DNA of 64,000 nt from the NCBI GenBank assembly GCA_000002435.2, contig CM018792.1. One strand, given 5' to 3'. A model generated the notes under the pieces. That model saw only the letters and a program-made list of their open reading frames with translations. It did not search any database and was not told where the DNA came from. Every line of letters starts with the position of its first letter. Position 1 is the stretch's first letter. The position numbers and the translations under genes are program-made. Source of the DNA: Giardia intestinalis. Its lineage: Eukaryota. Positions 10,601-18,759 of the stretch are shown here, in pieces.

Positions 10601-11766
10601 CCATTATTAAAGTAGTCACTGATAAAGTCCATGGCGTACGTCTCACATTTCTTTTTCCCAAAGGCAAACACAATAAGGGGGAAGCAATCTCGTGCTATGA
10701 GGTTTTTCATTACTTTATGAAGAGTATCGCGAACGGCCTTCTGCTGCTGCTTCTTGTTTGAGTGGCCGCTGGTTCCTTCTTCTTCCCCGCGAGCTACTGC
10801 TTGAGCATTATCATGAGGGAGATTTGCTTTTGCTTTTATAACCTGATCATGTCTGATTTTATTTTTGTCAATAGATGAACAAATAGGGTACAGGCCATCT
10901 CCTCCTACTGGACAAAGGAAGTGCATAAGGGGTACTGGGCGATATTGGGTGTACACCACGTGCACCGGTATGGAGTGTAGAGACGCCACCCACCCAGCAA
11001 ACTCGGATGCATTGGGCACCGTCGCCGAGAGGAAACAGAACTGAATGTTAGAACTGAGCATGGCAATACAGTCTTCCCAAACCAAGCCACGCTCGCTGTT
11101 CCGCATGTAATGAACTTCATCAAAAATAACATATCCTATCTCTCTCAGGAGTTCTGCACCTTGATGTAGCATATTACGCAGTATCTCAGTGGTCATAACC
11201 AAGACCCCAGCCGTTCTATTCAGGGTGGTGTCCCCAGTCATGATACCAACAGACCCCTTGGTGTATGCTGCAAGCTTTAGGTCCTGGTACTTTTGGTTTG
11301 ATAAAGCCTTTATTGGGGTAGTATAAACCACACGTTGATTTTGAGCTAGTGCCGTTGCAATAATGTACTCTGCCACGGTCGTCTTTCCTGCACTGGTGTG
11401 AGCTGCAACAAGAACAGAGTGACCGATATGTAGGGCACCAATAGCTCGACGCTGGAAGGGATCGAGCTCGTACGGAAACTTGACCGGTAACTCCGCCGGA
11501 GGTTCACAGGTATAAATCTTGTTGGCAGGATCTCTGGGGATCTCATATCCGTGTGGGAAAACAACAGAATGGTGAATCTTCTTGAGAGGATCTTCGGTTG
11601 CTGACTCGCTAACGTCCACCACAATGGGCAGCTTCTTGGTCTGCTCTAGGAGCCCTTGGTCCATGAGCACGGCCTGCAGCTGTTCCCTGATGTTATCCAC
11701 ATTAGTGGCTTCTCTGGAACCCCCCTCAGGGCTGCTATTCTCGTCCCGACCCAGTAATGCAATCAT
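7681..11766 (-). CDS. Ski2/Mtr4-family DExH-box RNA helicase (exosome-associated helicase), 1361 aa.
   Basis: Motif I is ...LVAAHTSAGKTTVAEY, motif II is FDEVHYMRNSERGLVWE, and motif III is LSATVPNASEFAGWV. RecA2 has the TGEYVQMAGRAGRRG arginine finger. A C-terminal DSHCT-like region follows (...LINLVDQLIIAVEVIGDERLKARL...). The reverse-strand ATG is at 11764-11766. Confidence 0.9.
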   Translation of the reverse strand: MIALLGRDENSSPEGGSREATNVDNIREQLQAVLMDQGLLEQTKKLPIVVDVSESATEDPLKKIHHSVVFPHGYEIPRDPANKIYTCEPPAELPVKFPYELDPFQRRAIGALHIGHSVLVAAHTSAGKTTVAEYIIATALAQNQRVVYTTPIKALSNQKYQDLKLAAYTKGSVGIMTGDTTLNRTAGVLVMTTEILRNMLHQGAELLREIGYVIFDEVHYMRNSERGLVWEDCIAMLSSNIQFCFLSATVPNASEFAGWVASLHSIPVHVVYTQYRPVPLMHFLCPVGGDGLYPICSSIDKNKIRHDQVIKAKANLPHDNAQAVARGEEEGTSGHSNKKQQQKAVRDTLHKVMKNLIARDCFPLIVFAFGKKKCETYAMDFISDYFNNGQRATSRPPLQRTYGEEPQALIPQDNQQATQAQPPVIQSLVTPEQTRVIDNIFDAALKCLPEEDRNLRPIVVLRGMLRRGIAVHHSGLLPWAKEIIEILFVEGLVKILYATETFAMGLNLPARAIIFSEFKKFDGLTSRLVTAGEYVQMAGRAGRRGIDKQGMSICMFSTADECDNIVKVIQGTTEPLNSAYRLSFNSVLKLMQIEDTSPEQVIKRSFLQFQQLFRLPRCIDKILALENANAVDKTQLGRLLLSILNVLHRAFGEYEQLAQFFGPDMLQSLANLASWDAQRLYGLLTEYVNLFALKTSYYVDWSRLLSQDSMKQLLVRGRIVHVHADGLDLGWVPVLKVTRLGSDSFVDCLVPCSLGSVPAKYTNASETHLIAFSDTVPSSLSSRGVDKELAHAALINKPYYQEYMSTLQKQDSPADAQDASADESQPPVKRRPLRKVGSKPVEKQKVSHADINDLIYANDSSESITPQNLYEYSFIDPLQPFVRENKASYQMLAPRDVLLSVLTAIDKCGASSKKKQMKGKLHEHLWSEIEATACVIVRVPVRAIRRASGKILKTIPESLSRYDDKSEAMFFYYQMIASLIPSDESHSFPSTLADLMEPHVNLSELAYADVTSEVNDLDCNIKLVEHAITCDNEYGILTRILSSPAHSAPTLHRVLNAVCSPAIYAKISTRMEDTNEQALKEEQLIVYQMVKEYIDNSPHDEDASGQLEVSGMIFSLMLNCMRRDAKKQIFKQYIQEADDLILSSELVKLKNFLRREHFIEEIPGATDSEAAYLLTDKGRVACHVSSANEVILVECLFEAQFTDLTPRVLAGVLASLLGEGTGASGSSKSNQLQMDPKLSQALTKLKQIVSMLLKDCATEDTTLELRCTTVDHIVDDTTAVIAFSWAAGQTFQEILDIDRSQFEGNIVRMFRRLINLVDQLIIAVEVIGDERLKARLTAVHDAIFRDIIKVNSLYVVAEDDV

Positions 11767-12599
11767 TTAGAGAAATGAAAAGAAAAATTAAAATGGAGGA
11801 GTCGGGGCCTCGAACACCCTCTGAATGGTCTTTGTCCTTCCACGTCAACCTCCGCCGTGAAAAGCAGAGTTATAAGGTAAACGACTTTAGAACGTCTACC
11901 CTCCGTATTTGTGACTACACATCTGATCTCGACAAACTGCTTTGCTACTTGAATACAATTCCTTCCATTCAGGAAATGGTCCAGGGGTCCATCTCCCTGT
12001 TCCGCGATAACATTGAAAACCTATGGGAAGACCCTAAAAATGAGGGAGGCACCATATTACGTTTTATGTGTTGCAAGAAGGGCGTACACAGAGAGAGCGA
12101 GATTCATGGTGAGAATAACGATCAGGAACGCCAGGATACCCAGAAGAGGTTTATGGGGTCCGCCCCTAACTCGGGTAAGTATACATCTCAAAAGTCTCAA
12201 ACTCCTACGCCAGTACTAGAGGTAGAGAAGATAACAGATCTGTGGAAGCTGTTGCTTGCCCTCATTCTTTCATCAGCCTTTGAGAAGAGCCCTTCTGAGC
12301 AATCCAGTCGGGCAATTAACGGCATATATTGCAAGGTGTCAAAGGAGGGCACCGTTACGTTTGAGATCTGGTTCAGCAGTTATGGTGGAAGCAACTCCAA
12401 GCAGAAGACCGTAAATAGTGTGAAAAGTCTGCTCACTGACATCTTTAACAGCCCCGAGCTAAAAGATTATGAGAGTGGGGCGGAGTCAGAAGGAAAAGGG
12501 TCTGGAATTAGTATTGCATCTACCTTTAAAGTTACCGAGTTAATCCTCAACGCCCCGAATAAGCATAAGGCAGGGATGCGCTCATCCATGTCTCATTAG
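11757..12599 (+). CDS. EIF4E: eIF4E-family mRNA cap-binding protein.
   Basis: It contains the diagnostic LWEDPKNEGG motif (compare eIF4E WEDEKNKRGGRW) and downstream conserved Trp residues. The first ATG at 11757 overlaps the helicase start codon on the other strand by 10 nt. In-frame ATGs at 11775 and 11793 are preceded by the AT-rich gaaaagaaaaattaaaATGG, so the real start is probably one of those. Confidence 0.7.
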   Translation: MQSFREMKRKIKMEESGPRTPSEWSLSFHVNLRREKQSYKVNDFRTSTLRICDYTSDLDKLLCYLNTIPSIQEMVQGSISLFRDNIENLWEDPKNEGGTILRFMCCKKGVHRESEIHGENNDQERQDTQKRFMGSAPNSGKYTSQKSQTPTPVLEVEKITDLWKLLLALILSSAFEKSPSEQSSRAINGIYCKVSKEGTVTFEIWFSSYGGSNSKQKTVNSVKSLLTDIFNSPELKDYESGAESEGKGSGISIASTFKVTELILNAPNKHKAGMRSSMSH

Positions 12600-12760
12600 A
12601 TGTAAATGTGAGTGCGATGACCTATGCATGCACGGCTGTTAAGGCACGGGTACGCACAGGCTCCAACGGTAAATTTGCTAAAGATGAGTGCTCATCAAGA
12701 AAGTGACACAATGTCCTTCTCGCTTACCAATGAGGAGAAGAGGCTTCTGGCTTGCATATG

Positions 12761-14377
12761 CTACAGAAGATATACATAGAGGCTATACTGGCACAGTACT
12801 ACGAGAACACTTAATCCAGCATGGGTAATGATATTACAAGCAGTGATCATACTAGACCAGAGAGCTGGCTTTGGAGTCAGGAAGTGGGTACAGGGAGACG
12901 CTATGTGTGTGAACCCGACTCTACAAATATCTTTGGACAAACAGCATAATGACTGCTTATATGCACGTTGCGCTAAAGCCAATTCAGCACATGTGCATGT
13001 CCTAGTAGTTATGTGTGCAGAAACATGTGCGTGTATTGACTCTGATTTGCCGTCTGTATGGTTAGAAGTGCCTATAGTACCTATATACACTCCTCTTGTT
13101 GTTATATGCTGACCTGCGTGGCAGGGTCTGCGGAGCTTTCGCTCCACGTACCTATGGAGCAATGCTCTGAGCTTTTGCTCCATCTCCGTCGCTCTAAGAG
13201 TAGGTTTGCTTTGATCACATGTATATTCCTGCGCAACCCTAGAGATAATAGTACGCAAGAGATTCGCCTTCTGTGTGGGAGGCATGCTTACACCTGAGTC
13301 TGGTCTACATGCTTCTATGGCCTCTTGAAGCCCCCTGTCGAGGATGGCCTCGTGTAGCATGTCTTTCAGCGATCGAAGCTGGCGCTGGTTGCTGTGTTGA
13401 TGGCCGGTTTCAGAGATGCAAAGGTAATAACCAACTGGCACGTCAATTGCCCCTGAGAGATCATTACCCAGCGCAAAGCGTAAGCCGTGTAAGACGCACC
13501 TGCTGTCCATTGTTTCTCGAAAGTAAAACAGGAACTGTGTTGCACCAGTGTAGTAATCGGAGGACGAGCTGCCCCTCGTCAACAACGGGGTAAGTGGAGT
13601 TAGTTGTTTCTTCTCGACGTCAAGCTCAAAGCAGCACTTGCTTGTGAGACTGATGATTAGACTTTCGCGACAATTCCCGTAATCTAGTCTGTGCAATTTC
13701 ATACACTTTTCTATGGTAACTGGGGGCAAAACCAGCTCCTTCAGGGCCTTGCCACGTACTTCGTAACTTCCTATGTCCTGTTTACCTATCAATCTGAGAA
13801 GATTGCTCGTACTATGAATGTATAAAAAGCTGTGCTCAAAGATCCATAATTGGTGCCTATCAGTGATTGAGATGCAAATTCCACTACGCCCAAGTTGGAA
13901 GTATGCATCCAGATCACCAATCTTAGTCACCTCACAAGCAAACAGCGGAGAGCTCCTGCTGAAGCTAAAAATGACGTAACTGTCTAGCATAAGCAGTGAG
14001 CCAGGGGCATTCAGGCAACGACTGCAGCTCTCCTCGGTAAACATCTGAACGCGAGCTACTCCGGAGTATGTGTATTCATTGGTGCTAGAATTATAGATAC
14101 TGAGAAAGGGTGCTTGGCTAGTATATGATAAAATGAGTATGTTTTGGGCGAACATTTGAGCGTTCAATATATTGCGGCCGCTCAGCTGCAAAAAGGGTTC
14201 AAGGACTGTTCGCTGTGAAAGGGCTAAGAATAGTTGAGAGATTGAAAACCCTGAGACCTGCAGCTCAGAAAAGAACAAGATATGCGTATCAGTTGCACTG
14301 GAGCGAGTACAGCCTTCCAAGTGTCGCCAACAACCAGCAGCATCGGGCTGCAGGATCAGCTTACGATTGCAAGACAT
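12761..14377 (-). CDS. Hypothetical protein (~539 aa), no recognisable domain.
   Basis: A 1.7-kb uninterrupted reverse-strand ORF. The ORF-track start at 14467 is TTG. The first ATG is at 14375-14377 and lies 28 bp from the divergent neighbour's ATG across an AT-rich spacer. The C-terminal ~80 aa are Cys/His/Thr-rich and low-complexity, so the end is less certain. Confidence 0.55.
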   Translation of the reverse strand: MSCNRKLILQPDAAGCWRHLEGCTRSSATDTHILFFSELQVSGFSISQLFLALSQRTVLEPFLQLSGRNILNAQMFAQNILILSYTSQAPFLSIYNSSTNEYTYSGVARVQMFTEESCSRCLNAPGSLLMLDSYVIFSFSRSSPLFACEVTKIGDLDAYFQLGRSGICISITDRHQLWIFEHSFLYIHSTSNLLRLIGKQDIGSYEVRGKALKELVLPPVTIEKCMKLHRLDYGNCRESLIISLTSKCCFELDVEKKQLTPLTPLLTRGSSSSDYYTGATQFLFYFRETMDSRCVLHGLRFALGNDLSGAIDVPVGYYLCISETGHQHSNQRQLRSLKDMLHEAILDRGLQEAIEACRPDSGVSMPPTQKANLLRTIISRVAQEYTCDQSKPTLRATEMEQKLRALLHRYVERKLRRPCHAGQHITTRGVYIGTIGTSNHTDGKSESIHAHVSAHITTRTCTCAELALAQRAYKQSLCCLSKDICRVGFTHIASPCTHFLTPKPALWSSMITACNIITHAGLSVLVVLCQYSLYVYLL

Positions 14378-14405
14378 ACCCTTAAAACAAAAAATTGTAC
14401 TTAAA
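14378..14405. promoter_or_regulatory. Putative 28-bp AT-rich bidirectional promoter shared by two divergent genes.
   Basis: The spacer cttaaaacaaaaaattgtacttaaa lies between reverse-strand ATG 14377 and forward ATG 14406. Giardia promoters are known to be short AT-rich elements immediately upstream of the ATG. Confidence 0.5.
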
Positions 14406-17400
14406 ATGGATGGTGCCGACCTTCTGGAGCGCAATATTCGCACAATGCTCGAAGCTTCGTCCCGCAAGGTGCGTGAGGAAGCTGCGGTGCAACTTCAGCT
14501 AGCACTTAACGGCGGATCTCTGGCCCCGGAACAGGAGCGTAGTATTCTTGGTGCATACCTCACTCGCTTTCGCGATCCTTCTGAAGCCATGCGTCTTTGC
14601 GTTATAGAGATTGTCAGGGGGAGCTTTTCCAACCTTAGTTGTCTGGATGCTATCCTTCCACGTGCAATCCATGAGATTTATACCATCCTCGCCTGCGCAC
14701 CAGTCACAGAAGTAGAAAAATCCGAGGTTGTTCGGCTGCTCCTTTTGAAGCTGCTGCTTCGGATCATTCACACCTGCAATGAGAGCAATCCCTCTTTGAT
14801 CGAAAGCCTGTCACTTTTCTTTAAGGAGGTCACAGAAATTCTCAAGGCCCAGATGAAAGACCAGGCACCCGACAATCGCATAATAATCAACAAGTGCTTG
14901 TTCAAGCTCTCCAAAACGTATCAAAAGAGAAGCCATCTCTGGAATAAAGAGATAGTTCGCGATGTCACAGTTGCGATGCTAGAAAACTATAGGCACACGG
15001 TTTACACCGTCCGCATGACCACCATCGATACTCTATGCAGCATCCATCTTTCCCCAGCATCAGAAGACATAGCCACTCTTGTGGCCCCATACGTCTCCCT
15101 GTTTGTTAATGATTCTAATTTTAATGTGCGCCGGTCAGTAGCCACCATGGCTGCTGTATGGCTTGACGAACATATTGATCGGCACGTCTACTTGGACTTT
15201 TTCTGTGGGATTCTTTTGTCCTTGGCATTAGACAAGGACATTAACAAAGAGGTATTTGATCTCTTCATAGCTTGTGGAGAGACGTATGAGCGCGAGCATA
15301 AAGATGATCTAAGACTCTCCAAAGAGCTTAACCAGCCCCCTGTCATCGTTGGTTATAATAAGTTTCTCCAACGAGTGGCTCCACGTAATTACCTAGAAAA
15401 TGTCGCTAGATTGATTTCGGGGTCTGAGAGCATAGAGTCTCTAGAGTCGTGCCATCCGCTGCTGCGTTTAGGACTCGGCTGTAGGTGCCTTGCGGAAAAG
15501 ACAGCTGTTAAAGTCATCAAAGCTGTTCTGGCTGATATTACGGGGTCAAATGACGGCTACAGATCCAAGGCATGTGATATGCTTGCCATGCTTTTAATAA
15601 CTAATGAGCATAACAATATTCGTTATTCCCCAAGCATTCTGGAGCAATTGATATCATTTTTTGTAGGCGAAAGGATCCGGAATAACGTGCAGGAGCAACT
15701 GGACCACATCATGGATCTTGTTTTTTCATTCCTCATTCCACAAGAGATCATTTGCTTTATCCTGAGCTTTTACCGACGAAGCCAGTTGAGTGTTCGACAG
15801 CTAGGGGGGCTACTGACCCTCGTTAAAAAGTTTATTGATATTAGAACGTTTTTTATCCTGGAAGGCATACAGTACACCATAAAAGAACATAACTTAGACA
15901 TAGGGTACATAGTTAAAGTCATCAATGAGATCCTATTGAAGGATAACGTCCTTTACAACGATGATGCATATGTGCAGAGCTGCTTTCAAGGCTCAATCTA
16001 TTCCATCGTGAAGTACGTAATTCTTCTTTGCAACAATAGTACCAGTGAGGCCTTTGAGGCCAGTTTACGAGAAGTAGGAGAGGGAAAAGATGCTTCTGAC
16101 GTCTCAGACCTCCTGGCGAAGCTAACTATCTGTATAGTTTCAGCGGAGTCCAAGTCGATACCTGACAACGCCATTGCAGCAGCGCTGGAATCCCCATACG
16201 GAACAGCCAAACGCAGCCTCGATCAGCGTCACAAGACATCGGCAGCTTCTCTTGAGGTAGATCTTAATAGATATGAATCCAGGACAATAACAGAACTACT
16301 TAAGGCTTATTTTGGGAGGAAGTGCATCGATAACACCATTTTATCCGCCTATTTCACCAAGAGCTTTGACCTTATAAATCTTGACCCCACATCTTACGAC
16401 TTAGAGAAGCGCATGAGCTTCCTGATGAGAATGATGCTTTCATTTATTTCTGCTGGCTATCAACTGCCTCCAGAAGTCGAGAGCACCATGAGGAGGCTCT
16501 TCGTTCAACTTATGCGTTTAACCAATAAGACTGATTATCCTACGTGCATACGTACTGCTGCTTGTCGTTGTGTGTATCTAGTTGTCTCTTGCTTGACACG
16601 TACTCTGTCGATGAGCAATCCTAACATGCGATATTTCTTTGCGCAGATCCTACTTGTGTCTACATGGCAGTTTGGTGCGAGAACACCAGAGTGTCTGGAG
16701 TACCTTCTACGTGCACTCGCCTCCATGACGAGTAGCCTTACCATTGAGTCCTTTAACCTTCTTGGTCAGGCTCACAAAGATTGTCACGGGACACTCCTAG
16801 GCAGAATTGTCAGTAACTTAGATGCAGATACGCCTGGCTGCCGCATCGCTGCCCTCGATATCCTTAAAGGGGTGTATAGATATGTTGACTATGTCCGCAC
16901 CCTTGAACTATTGTATCAGCTAGTTCAGCGGGTGAATGATTGTGTCAGCAGAATTACTGTGGACTCGCTGCATCTCTGCGGGGAGATCTTATCTTTTCAT
17001 CACGAAGAAGCAATGAAAAGCCCCAAGAAGATGGCACGTCCTGGCCAAACAAATGTATTGGTGATTGCAAATAAGGAGCTTCTTAAGTTGCTAGTGCTGC
17101 ACATCGATGACTCCGTCTCTGAGATTTCAGATGCATGCATGGCTTTGCTCAAGCAGATGCGTTGTATGTGTACACAGCTGACATGCTATAACATCAGACA
17201 GCTTTGTGAAGAGCGGTTAGAGAGGTGTAGTCGGAGGGCGCTATATTCAGACTTGAAAGCTCTTTATGAAGATGTGCAATCAGAGCCCGCTGCTAACGAA
17301 GAGGAGATGCTCTTGACACGAGAGTATGAGGAGGAGGTTGCAAGAAGAGAACGTGAGCGCGAGCGCGAAAACTTAAGTAGTACGCCGAGTCATCCTGACT

Positions 17401-17438
17401 CCTCCACTCTGGACACCGTGCAAAGACTCAATAAATAA
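14406..17438 (+). CDS. Large (~1,010 aa) Leu-rich, probably all-alpha (HEAT/ARM-like solenoid?) hypothetical protein.
   Basis: A 3-kb ORF. The track start at 14367 is TTG and the first ATG is at 14406 (MDGADLLERNIRTMLEA...). Composition and periodic hydrophobic helices suggest a helical repeat protein. The C-terminus has an acidic/RE-rich tail (EEEVARRERERERE). No family could be assigned from sequence alone. Confidence 0.7.
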   Translation: MDGADLLERNIRTMLEASSRKVREEAAVQLQLALNGGSLAPEQERSILGAYLTRFRDPSEAMRLCVIEIVRGSFSNLSCLDAILPRAIHEIYTILACAPVTEVEKSEVVRLLLLKLLLRIIHTCNESNPSLIESLSLFFKEVTEILKAQMKDQAPDNRIIINKCLFKLSKTYQKRSHLWNKEIVRDVTVAMLENYRHTVYTVRMTTIDTLCSIHLSPASEDIATLVAPYVSLFVNDSNFNVRRSVATMAAVWLDEHIDRHVYLDFFCGILLSLALDKDINKEVFDLFIACGETYEREHKDDLRLSKELNQPPVIVGYNKFLQRVAPRNYLENVARLISGSESIESLESCHPLLRLGLGCRCLAEKTAVKVIKAVLADITGSNDGYRSKACDMLAMLLITNEHNNIRYSPSILEQLISFFVGERIRNNVQEQLDHIMDLVFSFLIPQEIICFILSFYRRSQLSVRQLGGLLTLVKKFIDIRTFFILEGIQYTIKEHNLDIGYIVKVINEILLKDNVLYNDDAYVQSCFQGSIYSIVKYVILLCNNSTSEAFEASLREVGEGKDASDVSDLLAKLTICIVSAESKSIPDNAIAAALESPYGTAKRSLDQRHKTSAASLEVDLNRYESRTITELLKAYFGRKCIDNTILSAYFTKSFDLINLDPTSYDLEKRMSFLMRMMLSFISAGYQLPPEVESTMRRLFVQLMRLTNKTDYPTCIRTAACRCVYLVVSCLTRTLSMSNPNMRYFFAQILLVSTWQFGARTPECLEYLLRALASMTSSLTIESFNLLGQAHKDCHGTLLGRIVSNLDADTPGCRIAALDILKGVYRYVDYVRTLELLYQLVQRVNDCVSRITVDSLHLCGEILSFHHEEAMKSPKKMARPGQTNVLVIANKELLKLLVLHIDDSVSEISDACMALLKQMRCMCTQLTCYNIRQLCEERLERCSRRALYSDLKALYEDVQSEPAANEEEMLLTREYEEEVARRERERERENLSSTPSHPDSSTLDTVQRLNK

Positions 17439-17448
17439 AGAAATATTG

Positions 17449-17679
17449 ATGCGTGAGGATACTCTCAGCTTGATACAGGCAGCTATCGAACGGGTAGAGA
17501 CCCAACAGACCCAGATTCTGAAGCTTGTGAGCAAATTGAGGACTGCAGAGCCTCTTGGCTTGAGCAACTTTGAGGAAGTTGTAATATCCCTAAATCCGCA
17601 GTCAACTTCGTCGTCGCTTTCATATTCTACTTATAGCTCATCATATACTACAGGCCGGAGCCTAGAAGAGGACTCTTAA
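17449..17679 (+). CDS. Possible small (76 aa) ORF with an N-terminal amphipathic/coiled-coil-like segment and a Ser/Thr/Tyr-rich tail.
   Basis: The ATG at 17449 sits in the 270-bp spacer between convergent genes. The translation is MREDTLSLIQAAIERVETQQTQILKLVSKLRTAEPLG.... No homology was recognised and it could be a chance ORF. Confidence 0.25.
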   Translation: MREDTLSLIQAAIERVETQQTQILKLVSKLRTAEPLGLSNFEEVVISLNPQSTSSSLSYSTYSSSYTTGRSLEEDS

Positions 17680-17710
17680 GACACTTACAGATGCTTTACT
17701 CATGCTCCCC

Positions 17711-18655
17711 TTAATAGCCCTTGACCTTTGTCACTAGCTCCTTCTTTCTGGCGTCTACATCTGCAATGACGGCGGCTTCTATGTCTGTAGATGCATGTCG
17801 AATGGCTTCGTGGGCCTCCACTGTCATCTGCACCAAATCATAGGGGCTGATCGGTGTGCCTGCCAGTTTATAGAGCCCGTTGGTGAGCCCTGACTTATCG
17901 AGGACTATGGTTGTGCAGCCTGCACAGAGCTCTAGCTCCTCCCGGCAGCAGTCTATGAGGTAGTCGTGCTGAATGCCAGCCCCTTGCTTGTGTTCGTCCT
18001 CGCCTCTATCAGAGATATCTTCCATGTTTGCAGCTGAAGAGAGCTGATAGAGTCCTATTCTTCTTTTATCCAAGTGTCCAAATGTAACAGAGAGCGGTAT
18101 ATATCTCATGGTGACCAGTTCGTCCCTCGGTAACCCCATGATGTGCGTGGTAAACTCTTCAACCTGTTTCTTGTTGCACGTGTCAATGCTGGATCCGCGG
18201 TAGGCCTGCACATTAGGGATCCCCATGTGATAGATGCTTGTGCCAGCTGCAATGATGCACGCATCCCGAAGTCCGCCGTCGTCTTGGAGGACCTCGACTG
18301 AGCAGCGAATGACGAAGTACATGGCGCCAGGTATTATAACGAGAGTATCCTTAGGGACGACCTGGTCGCTTGCGAAGGTGTTATTCAGTAGGTCTGCGAG
18401 ATTCACATGCTCTATGGTCTCCTTTAATTCGGAAGGGAGATTGCACGTGACAGTAATACGACCGCTTCTGAGCTGTTTCCCAGATAGAATTGCCAGCTTG
18501 GAAGACGCAGCGACCTTCGTTTTCCCCTTTTCAACCAGTACAGACCCCCTCGCAGTAAAGAACGAAAGGGAGATGTCTCTCGTCTCACCAATCCCTCTGC
18601 CATCTATCCGTGTATCAGTATACAGTATTTCGAGAGCATGGGGGATAGCATTCAT
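17711..18655 (-). CDS. Exosome complex RNase-PH-like subunit (Rrp41/42/43/45 family), 314 aa.
   Basis: The N-terminal RNase PH signature is R-x-DGR-x(4)-E-x-R ... GS-x-L-x(5)-TKV: ...TRIDGRGIGETRDISLSFFTARGSVLVEKGKTKVAASSKL.... The size fits the Rrp45/42/43 class. The reverse-strand ATG is at 18653-18655. Confidence 0.8.
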   Translation of the reverse strand: MNAIPHALEILYTDTRIDGRGIGETRDISLSFFTARGSVLVEKGKTKVAASSKLAILSGKQLRSGRITVTCNLPSELKETIEHVNLADLLNNTFASDQVVPKDTLVIIPGAMYFVIRCSVEVLQDDGGLRDACIIAAGTSIYHMGIPNVQAYRGSSIDTCNKKQVEEFTTHIMGLPRDELVTMRYIPLSVTFGHLDKRRIGLYQLSSAANMEDISDRGEDEHKQGAGIQHDYLIDCCREELELCAGCTTIVLDKSGLTNGLYKLAGTPISPYDLVQMTVEAHEAIRHASTDIEAAVIADVDARKKELVTKVKGY

Positions 18656-18759
18656 TTCTGCCTAACCCTTTGCCTCCGTCAGAAATAAAAACTCAGTGAG
18701 GATCATTTTGTGGCACTTTCAAATCCCCCTACTATTAATCCCGTCGATAGCCTTAGCGG

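Noticed and set aside
12636-12649. Small perfect hairpin gatgag-tg-ctcatc in the eIF4E / hypothetical-gene convergent spacer
   Set aside because: A 6-bp stem is expected by chance at this scale, and no known Giardia 3'-end element matches it.
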